A DNA stretch of 64,000 bases from positions 110,808 through 174,807 of IMG/VR virus record IMGVR_UViG_3300037400_002732, one strand, 5' to 3'. The position numbers and the translations under genes were made by a program. How positions within the stretch are numbered: the stretch's first letter is position 1; each line of letters begins with the position of its first letter. The notes under the pieces were generated by a model, which had not been told where the DNA came from, searched no databases, and was given only the letters and a program-made list of their open reading frames with translations. Positions 57,191-63,008 of this stretch are shown in pieces. This DNA comes from a virus (Duplodnaviria > Caudoviricetes).

Positions 57191-58030
57191 ATGCACGAAT
57201 TTTTCGAAAAAATCGACGTTTTTAACAAGATCTCGTTTGACGAGGACTGGCACAGCTACAAACTTGACGGCTGCAGAACCGTTTCCGTAACCAAGGTAAC
57301 CGGATCTATCGTTCCTCCGTTCGAGAAGGAGAAGAAGGCTGCCGAAAAGGCTGCCAAGCTCACTGCCGAAGGTACTCCTACTACTCCGGAACAGCTCATC
57401 AACGAATGGGATTTGAACAACCTTATTGCAAGGGCTAAGGGTTCCGCTGTACATAAGTACATCGAAATGACCATTGCCAACAAGGTTCAGAAGTACCCGC
57501 TCGACATCGTCGAGAACGAGTTCAACCGCTGTCTCGATCCGGTCACGAAGTTGCCGAGGTTCAACGAGCACATCCACAAGGTCAAGCCGTTGTACCACAG
57601 CTGCGTCAAGCATGTCAACCAGTTTTTGGCCGATATCCGTGGGAAGATGTACCCAGTACGATCCGAGCTTGTTATCGGAAGTCCGAAGTACATGGTGTGC
57701 GGCATGATTGACCAAGTGTTCTACAACGTAAAGTCTGGCGGATTTGAAATTTGGGACTGGAAGACCAATACGAAGTTCGACACCGAATCCAACTTCAAGC
57801 TGTCTAAGCCGTACGACTATCTCGACCAGTGCAAGCTCGTCGAATACTCACTACAGCTTCATTGCTACAAGCGCATATTCGAAGAAGAAACCGGAATCGA
57901 AATCAAGAACTGCTATCTCTGCTGGTATAGCGAAGCCCAGCCTACGTACAAGGTATTCAAGTGCCTCGACGTGTCTGGCGAAGCTCTGCAGTTGCTTGAA
58001 GCGCAAGCACAGGTGGCGAAGAATGGCTAA
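57191..58030 (+). CDS. PD-(D/E)XK exonuclease (RecB/Cas4-like superfamily)
   Basis: SVT, KGSAVH, SEL, CGMID, IWDWKT and YSLQLHCY. Confidence 0.88.
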   Translation: MHEFFEKIDVFNKISFDEDWHSYKLDGCRTVSVTKVTGSIVPPFEKEKKAAEKAAKLTAEGTPTTPEQLINEWDLNNLIARAKGSAVHKYIEMTIANKVQKYPLDIVENEFNRCLDPVTKLPRFNEHIHKVKPLYHSCVKHVNQFLADIRGKMYPVRSELVIGSPKYMVCGMIDQVFYNVKSGGFEIWDWKTNTKFDTESNFKLSKPYDYLDQCKLVEYSLQLHCYKRIFEEETGIEIKNCYLCWYSEAQPTYKVFKCLDVSGEALQLLEAQAQVAKNG

Positions 58031-58331
58031 CGAAGTAGATAACATCATTAAGTCGTTCACCGACGAACAGAAGGCTGTCTACGACCGTATGATGGCCGAC
58101 GAGGGCAAGCTCTTTGCAGACTGGATGGGATGCCGCAGCATGCATGCGGATGTCATGAAGGTGCTTAACGACAAGGACATAGGCCCTCGTGTCCGTCTTT
58201 TCTTGCAAGGCATCGCGTCATACTGGTCTGGACGAAAGCGTCTCATGGAAACCTTGCTGGTGACCATGGGGAAGAAGGAACTACTTGAAAAGTGGATCGC
58301 AGATGTCCAAGAAAAATCAAGAACCGCCTAA
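58023..58331 (+). CDS. Hypothetical protein
   Basis: ATG 58023 (MANEVDNII) overlaps the previous stop. Confidence 0.65.
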   Translation: MANEVDNIIKSFTDEQKAVYDRMMADEGKLFADWMGCRSMHADVMKVLNDKDIGPRVRLFLQGIASYWSGRKRLMETLLVTMGKKELLEKWIADVQEKSRTA

Positions 58332-58749
58332 AGTGTTCGAGGCCACAATTCTCATCATAGGGAAGAAGCTGGCCTCCGGAAACACATATCCTCAAGAAAT
58401 CGCTGACCAGATCGTGCTCGGCGTTACTACTGGCGAACAGAAGTACACGGTCGAGGAAGTGGCTCCAGTTGACCGAGGAAAGAACGGCATTCAGCCTTAC
58501 GAATCATGGAAGCAGCGAGCGATGGCTACGTCGATCGAAGCTCGCATCGAAGGCAATAGGCTGATTATGTCGTTCCAAATTTACAAGAACCAATACGGCA
58601 AGAAGCTTGCCTTGATGCTTGAGAATAATCCGCCAGGAAAGCTTGAATTCTTCCCAGTAGGAATTGGCGACACGAACAAGGACGGCGTCGTGGTTAAATA
58701 CAAGCTGGCATATATTTCATTCGAAGTGAAGAACGAGGTTTCACTATGA
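58303..58749 (+). CDS. Catalytically degenerate paralogue of the gp21 prohead protease
   Basis: GNTYPQEI, RIEGNRL, YGKKLALML and FFPVGIG align by eye with gp21 NRAYPKRI, HMEGDVL, AGHQLAALI and FSLRGAG. Confidence 0.5.
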   Translation: MSKKNQEPPKVFEATILIIGKKLASGNTYPQEIADQIVLGVTTGEQKYTVEEVAPVDRGKNGIQPYESWKQRAMATSIEARIEGNRLIMSFQIYKNQYGKKLALMLENNPPGKLEFFPVGIGDTNKDGVVVKYKLAYISFEVKNEVSL

Positions 58750-59732
58750 TACGAGCTTTTATAGCGGTGAATCTTGATGGACATATTTTGACAAATAGTT
58801 TGCTTGGATTTCCGGCAAGCATTATGGATAACGAAGAACTCCAGTGTGTCTGCAGCGATACGCTGATGGTGGCAACTATGGACGTAGTTCCGAAATGCCT
58901 ACCGCCGCACTTGGCCATGGTAACTCGAAAGAGCTTGCTTGCAGAAGCTCCGGCAAATCTTGCTACGATGGTGTCTAACCTCGTGAACGAGAAGGGCATT
59001 GGCGACATTAGTGTGCTCGCCAATGAAGATATCCTCTATGCCATGGACTTGATCGGATGTGGATATGAATTGGCTATTGTTTGTCCGGAAGCCGCAGAAG
59101 TTCCCGGTTCACTCACGCTGGGCAAGGAATTTATTTCGTCAGTCGATTTCGACGTGTACAAATTGATGCGTTATCGGCAGTCGGTAGCATCGGCCACAGA
59201 TACTCAGATTGCCGACGCTATCGATGGCATGGAATCGTACTTCAACATGATCGACAGTATGGACAAGCGCGACAAGGATGCCATGGGCAAGATAGCCAAT
59301 GGCGTCCGTATGCTGAATCAAGCTATTAAGCGCGAAAGTGCTGGCGATAACTTGATGTATGGCGAAGGCGATGAATTTACTGGTACGGCTGAGTTCGATG
59401 AGGAAGAAGAGTTCGACCATCTGTGGGATTCGATGCAGCTAATGGCTGATCAACTGAATCAGACTACCGAGCTGGTGGTTTCAACCCAAGAGACTGTCGG
59501 CAACATATTCAAGTATTTCAAGGAAAATGCTCCGATAAACCAAATACGTAATCGGTTCAACCTCATGGGTGAGGAAATCAATGGCCTCCGGAACCAAATT
59601 GGAGCACATATCGCCGAGGACAATAAAGCCGAACTCAATGGCAAGATGAACAAGACGGCTCCGATTATATGGGTACTTCTTGGTATCTCCATAGCGGCGT
59701 TGTTGCTGGGAGTGATAAACTTGCTACTATAA
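58746..59732 (+). CDS. Membrane-anchored coiled-coil protein, N-terminus weakly DHFR-like
   Basis: MIRAFIAVNLDGHI N-terminus; heptad-like middle region; C-terminal transmembrane helix. Confidence 0.5.
   Translation: MIRAFIAVNLDGHILTNSLLGFPASIMDNEELQCVCSDTLMVATMDVVPKCLPPHLAMVTRKSLLAEAPANLATMVSNLVNEKGIGDISVLANEDILYAMDLIGCGYELAIVCPEAAEVPGSLTLGKEFISSVDFDVYKLMRYRQSVASATDTQIADAIDGMESYFNMIDSMDKRDKDAMGKIANGVRMLNQAIKRESAGDNLMYGEGDEFTGTAEFDEEEEFDHLWDSMQLMADQLNQTTELVVSTQETVGNIFKYFKENAPINQIRNRFNLMGEEINGLRNQIGAHIAEDNKAELNGKMNKTAPIIWVLLGISIAALLLGVINLLL
59714..59721 (+). promoter_or_regulatory. Putative late promoter GATAAACT, inside the upstream ORF
   Basis: 28 nt before ATG 59749. Confidence 0.6.
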
Positions 59733-59748
59733 AGCAAGTGGACTCACG

Positions 59749-60093
59749 ATGACAGAACAGCAGAAAGAATTTTGTACCAAGGTAGCGCACTTGTGCGAAT
59801 CCGCCGACGCTATCAATCTTTTTCGACCAGTCATGAAACTCTGGGCTCTTTATGAAGATGCAGCTACTGGCGGATCTAACGAGCCTAATACCAAGATTCT
59901 CAATGTCGATATGAATAAAGTATCGTCAGATGAACTTGGCGAATTGCAAGCCGAAGTTACCAAGTCGCTCGAAGCCAAGAAGGCAGTAGAGGATGCCCAG
60001 AAGAATCAGTCCGAAGTAAACAGCGCGTTGGCAAACAAGCTCAATGCCGAAGCGAATGCTGAACAGACGGAAAATCCTAATGGACAAGTTTGA
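59749..60093 (+). CDS. Putative internal head protein
   Basis: Late motif; LCES and LYED N-terminal sites. Confidence 0.55.
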   Translation: MTEQQKEFCTKVAHLCESADAINLFRPVMKLWALYEDAATGGSNEPNTKILNVDMNKVSSDELGELQAEVTKSLEAKKAVEDAQKNQSEVNSALANKLNAEANAEQTENPNGQV

Positions 60094-60616
60094 ACAATTC
60101 ATAGCGGACGTCAATGATGGCGACCCGGCGTTCGAAGCGGTCGCCCATAACTACACGCAGCTGCGCCATGGCCAGCTGTATAAGCCGCTTGTCGTTCCAG
60201 ATTCAGTCCGCTCGGTAACCGTAGACCCTCGAAGCGATTTGTCGAACAAAATCGTAACTCCCACGATTGATGGAACTGGAGCACCGACGTTGCCATGCAC
60301 CACGTCGATGGCTGGGACGAAACGCGATCCTCACGAAGAGACCACGAAGGAATGGCAGAATCCGCCGAAACCACAACAGATCAAGACTACGCCGAACAAG
60401 CAGATTCAAGAGCTGATGAAGAAGGCTGAAGCGCACATACCTAATCCAGTACAGTTCACGAAGACATACTCGGAACAAGTGCCTACGTGCGGTTATACTA
60501 TCAAGGCAGGGTTCGCCGGGCCTGGTGCCGCTACGATCAATGGTTGCAGTACTGATGCTGGCGGAGGCGATGGCGGTGGTGCCGCATCGGCGGCTAGCGG
60601 CGGTGCCGAAGGTTAA
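60080..60616 (+). CDS. Hypothetical late protein with Gly/Ala-rich C-terminus
   Basis: ATG 60080 overlaps the previous gene; AFEA site. Confidence 0.6.
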   Translation: MDKFEQFIADVNDGDPAFEAVAHNYTQLRHGQLYKPLVVPDSVRSVTVDPRSDLSNKIVTPTIDGTGAPTLPCTTSMAGTKRDPHEETTKEWQNPPKPQQIKTTPNKQIQELMKKAEAHIPNPVQFTKTYSEQVPTCGYTIKAGFAGPGAATINGCSTDAGGGDGGGAASAASGGAEG

Positions 60617-60619
60617 TCC

Positions 60620-60643
60620 AAGCCCAGTTTCGACTGGGCTTTT
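60620..60643 (+). terminator. Intrinsic terminator
   Basis: AAGCCCAGT-TTCG-ACTGGGCTTTT. Confidence 0.85.
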
Positions 60644-60664
60644 ATGTTGTTATAGGGGCAAACC

Positions 60665-60672
60665 TATAAACT
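60665..60672 (+). promoter_or_regulatory. Putative late promoter TATAAACT
   Basis: 28 nt before ATG 60700. Confidence 0.7.
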
Positions 60673-60699
60673 GCGTGTAAATTACATCAAGGTTGACTG

Positions 60700-61701
60700 A
60701 TGAATATTTCCGATTACCTAACCAACCACTTAAACTTGTCGCAAGCCCAAGTTGAGGCTATTGATAAGTTGGCTAAGATTTGCGGCATGAAGTCCCTTTT
60801 CGAAGCCTTTAACTTCGCCAGCCGCGTCAATAAGGTGAACGCAAACCGAACGAAGGCCGCCGAGCAGAACCTCAATAACCAAGCAGCAGACAGCTTGCTG
60901 ACTGACGTTGATTTTAATGTAGATAATGGATCAACGTTCAACGAACTTTACAAGCAAAGCCGTGGTGCAACTGGCCAAGAAGATGCAGAAACCGTGGATG
61001 AAGATACTACTGCGGAATTGGGCGAAGTGGCTCTGAACGACGATAACACATTATTCTATGGTCTAACTGGTATGCGTGACCGAGATTCGAACGACGAAAC
61101 CGGCGAGTATGACTTGGGCGGTATGTCAAATGTGGATTTGAATAATGCTAAGGAAACTATGTCGGCGAGCGTCGATGCCAATGAACGCGAGGATTTGATG
61201 GACGTTATTAAGATGCTTTCGTTGGCCGCCAAAACTAGCGTAGCCGATACGAAGAAGTTGATGATTGCTGCAGCCGCGTCCCTTGATGATGATTCTGATA
61301 GTACTGCTGGTAGTGAATATGACGCTGGCCTTGACTCCGTTGTGAGTGCTAACGACGTGAGCGAAAAGGTTAAAGACCTTGCTGCGCAAGCGGTCGAAAA
61401 GCAAGACTTCCGTCTACAGGCTAAGATGGAAGAGTTCGCGTCTAAATATCCGAAGAATCCGTTTTCGAAAATCTTCCTTGCAGACAACGTCAGAGCCAGC
61501 CATAGATCCGATGCCGCTGGCGTTGACTCTGGCGCAGTGAACAAGCAGCGCGAATCGTACAATCCGATGGCATGGAACAGAACGAAGGCCCTTGCTCAAG
61601 CAGCTCTTGCACGTCAGCGTGAAAAGATGAACGCTGGCAGCAACATGTATAACGCTGACCTAGCTCGCGCCAGAAGACTCCAAGAAGCCGGAAAAATCTA
61701 A
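60700..61701 (+). CDS. Acidic putative internal head protein
   Basis: Late motif; N-terminal segment ending KSLFEA. Confidence 0.6.
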   Translation: MNISDYLTNHLNLSQAQVEAIDKLAKICGMKSLFEAFNFASRVNKVNANRTKAAEQNLNNQAADSLLTDVDFNVDNGSTFNELYKQSRGATGQEDAETVDEDTTAELGEVALNDDNTLFYGLTGMRDRDSNDETGEYDLGGMSNVDLNNAKETMSASVDANEREDLMDVIKMLSLAAKTSVADTKKLMIAAAASLDDDSDSTAGSEYDAGLDSVVSANDVSEKVKDLAAQAVEKQDFRLQAKMEEFASKYPKNPFSKIFLADNVRASHRSDAAGVDSGAVNKQRESYNPMAWNRTKALAQAALARQREKMNAGSNMYNADLARARRLQEAGKI

Positions 61702-61759
61702 TAAAAATGCCAAGTTTTGTAAATTTTTATAAATATTTGCATTTTTTCGCTAAAAACCC

Positions 61760-61788
61760 TTGCAAATGGTTTTTAAATTTACTAAACT
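61760..61788 (+). promoter_or_regulatory. Sigma70-type promoter TTGCAA-N17-TAAACT for the leader and tRNA array
   Basis: Exact 17-bp spacer with AT-rich upstream DNA. Confidence 0.7.
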
Positions 61789-61810
61789 TGGTACAAAGAG
61801 GTTAAAAACC

Positions 61811-61930
61811 ATGCAAATGATGCAACATAACATTAAACTCGTTGAACGCAATAGTCAGTTGGCACCAAAGGCCGACCGCCTCTTTGCAGCATATACGGGT
61901 TGCGGTTATGAGCAAAAGTTGCACCGATGA
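61811..61930 (+). CDS. Putative leader peptide (39 aa) of the tRNA array
   Basis: SD AGAGGT; MQMMQHNIKLVERNSQLAPKADRLFAAYTGCGYEQKLHR; codons 25-31 are complementary to the downstream terminator arm. Confidence 0.7.
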   Translation: MQMMQHNIKLVERNSQLAPKADRLFAAYTGCGYEQKLHR

Positions 61931-61957
61931 TTCCTTTTAGGTTGATGTTTGAATGGG

Positions 61958-61991
61958 AACCCGGCTGCAACTAAAAGCAACCGGGTTTTTT
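61958..61991 (+). terminator. Intrinsic terminator / attenuator in front of the tRNA array
   Basis: AACCCGGCTGC-AACTAAAA-GCAACCGGG followed by T6. Confidence 0.75.
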
Positions 61992-62014
61992 AATACCCTC
62001 AACCAATACATTAT

Positions 62015-62088
62015 GGGTCATTAGCTCAGTTGGAAGAGCGTCTGATTTGCACTCAGAAGGTCGTCGGTTCGAGCCCGACATCGATCCA
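62015..62088 (+). tRNA. tRNA-Ala(TGC) with bulged acceptor stem
   Basis: Cloverleaf; anticodon loop TTTGCAC; T loop TTCGAGC; G3:U70; A73. Confidence 0.9.
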
Positions 62089-62180
62089 GTAAATTGGCAA
62101 GCTCGTGAAGCTTGCTGGCAGTTTGAAAATTCGGATGATTATTTGTTTGCATCTCGTAAGAGATGTGAACGCAAACCAAA

Positions 62181-62248
62181 GGACATTAGCTCAGTAGGAA
62201 GAGCGCTTACACAAGTAAGAGGCCACGCAATCGAAATGCGTATGTCCA
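62181..62248 (+). ncRNA. Anticodon-less tRNA-like RNA
   Basis: GGACAT/ATGTCC acceptor, intact D arm, CTTAC-ACAA-GTAAG 4-nt loop, ACGCA-ATCGAAA-TGCGT T arm. Confidence 0.75.
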
Positions 62249-62254
62249 TTATAT

Positions 62255-62328
62255 GGGTCATTAGCTCAGTTGGAAGAGCGCTTGCATGGCATGCAAGAGG
62301 TCGTCGGTTCGAGCCCGACATCGATCCA
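62255..62328 (+). tRNA. tRNA-Ala(GGC) with bulged acceptor stem
   Basis: CTTGC-ATGGCAT-GCAAG; G3:U70. Confidence 0.9.
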
Positions 62329-62337
62329 CGAATTTAT

Positions 62338-62411
62338 GGGTCATTAGCTCAACTGGTAGAGCGTCTGCTCCGCAAGCAGAAGGTTATCGGTTCGAATCCG
62401 ATATCGATCCA
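62338..62411 (+). tRNA. tRNA-Ala(CGC) with bulged acceptor stem and C33
   Basis: TCTGC-TCCGCAA-GCAGA; G3:U70. Confidence 0.8.
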
Positions 62412-62419
62412 GTAACTCT

Positions 62420-62494
62420 GGTTCTGTGGCCAAATGGATTTAAGGCACCTCGCTACGAACGAGGAAATTCCTGGTTCGACCCCAGGCAGAATCA
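62420..62494 (+). tRNA. tRNA-Arg(ACG)
   Basis: GGTTCTG/CAGAATC acceptor; CCTCG-CTACGAA-CGAGG. Confidence 0.9.
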
Positions 62495-62500
62495 CTATAT

Positions 62501-62574
62501 GGGACTTTAGAATACGCTGGCTAGTTCACCGCCCTTTCACGGCGGAAAACCGGGATCGACACCCGGAAGTCCTA
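62501..62574 (+). tRNA. tRNA-Glu(TTC)
   Basis: GGGACTT/AAGTCCT acceptor; CCGCC-CTTTCAC-GGCGG; atypical T loop ATCGACA. Confidence 0.85.
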
Positions 62575-62578
62575 CTAT

Positions 62579-62652
62579 GTTCGTCTAGCTCAATTGGTTA
62601 GAGTACCTGGCTGATATCCAGGCGGTTTCACGTTCAAGTCGTGAGGCGAACA
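62579..62652 (+). tRNA. tRNA-Ile(GAT)
   Basis: GTTCGTC/GGCGAAC acceptor; CCTGG-CTGATAT-CCAGG. Confidence 0.85.
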
Positions 62653-62661
62653 CTAAATTAT

Positions 62662-62734
62662 GCCGCTGTAGCTCAGTTGGTAGAGCGGTAGACTGAAGAT
62701 CTACGCGTCGGAGGTTCGATGCTTCCCGGCGGCA
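62662..62734 (+). tRNA. tRNA-Phe(GAA)
   Basis: GCCGCTG/CGGCGGC acceptor; GTAGA-CTGAAGA-TCTAC. Confidence 0.9.
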
Positions 62735-62747
62735 CTAACAAACTTAT

Positions 62748-62945
62748 GGGTACTCTGCCGTTGAAATGGGAGTAGGATAAAGTCAATAGAACGCGGAACG
62801 ATGACGGCCACCAACCGTTATATCTGAACGCTATTATGGAGACCTAACGAAATCTTAATTGGAGAGACGGGCGGGAGCTGGTAACTCTCGTTTCCTGGTT
62901 ATCTAAAACCGTGGAATAGCTCAGGTTCGAATCCTGGAGGACCCA
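62748..62945 (+). ncRNA. 198-nt tRNA-like RNA: 8/4-type fold, GGT anticodon loop, long variable arm, expanded D loop
   Basis: GGGTACTC/GAGGACCC acceptor, CAGG-TTCGAAT-CCTG T arm, CGGGAG-CTGGTAA-CTCTCG anticodon arm; same TAT leader and ACTA trailer as neighbouring tRNAs. Confidence 0.7.
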
Positions 62946-62983
62946 CTATGCAACACTTTATCATTAGTTACCGTAGTAGACTG

Positions 62984-62991
62984 TATAAACT
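62984..62991 (+). promoter_or_regulatory. Putative late promoter TATAAACT for the endonuclease gene
   Basis: Motif lies in the loop of the GTAGTAG/CTACTAT hairpin upstream of 63009. Confidence 0.6.
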
Positions 62992-63008
62992 ACTATAAAA
63001 AGGATAAT

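Noticed and set aside
57191-58030. Cas4 as part of a CRISPR-Cas system
   Set aside because: Stand-alone PD-(D/E)XK nuclease without the C-terminal Fe-S cysteine cluster, array or other cas genes; common in phages.
130-61599. Many long antisense or alternate-frame ORFs (e.g. 2676-4175, 9226-10620, 33635-34777, 55050-56111)
   Set aside because: They shadow recognisable genes with strong codon bias, and have no SD, promoter motif or protein motifs.
62015-62411. CRISPR-like direct repeats
   Set aside because: The repeats are the shared bodies of three tRNA-Ala genes; there is no repeat-spacer periodicity and no cas operon.
62047-62510. ORFs 62047-62415, 62139-62321 and 62286-62510
   Set aside because: They overlap clear tRNA cloverleafs.
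62748-62945. tmRNA call for the 198-nt RNA
   Set aside because: It has G3-C70 rather than G3:U70, is short, has a canonical anticodon arm, and the internal frame (...NDDGHQPLYLNAIMET) does not end like a proteolysis tag. An Rfam search is still needed to exclude it fully.
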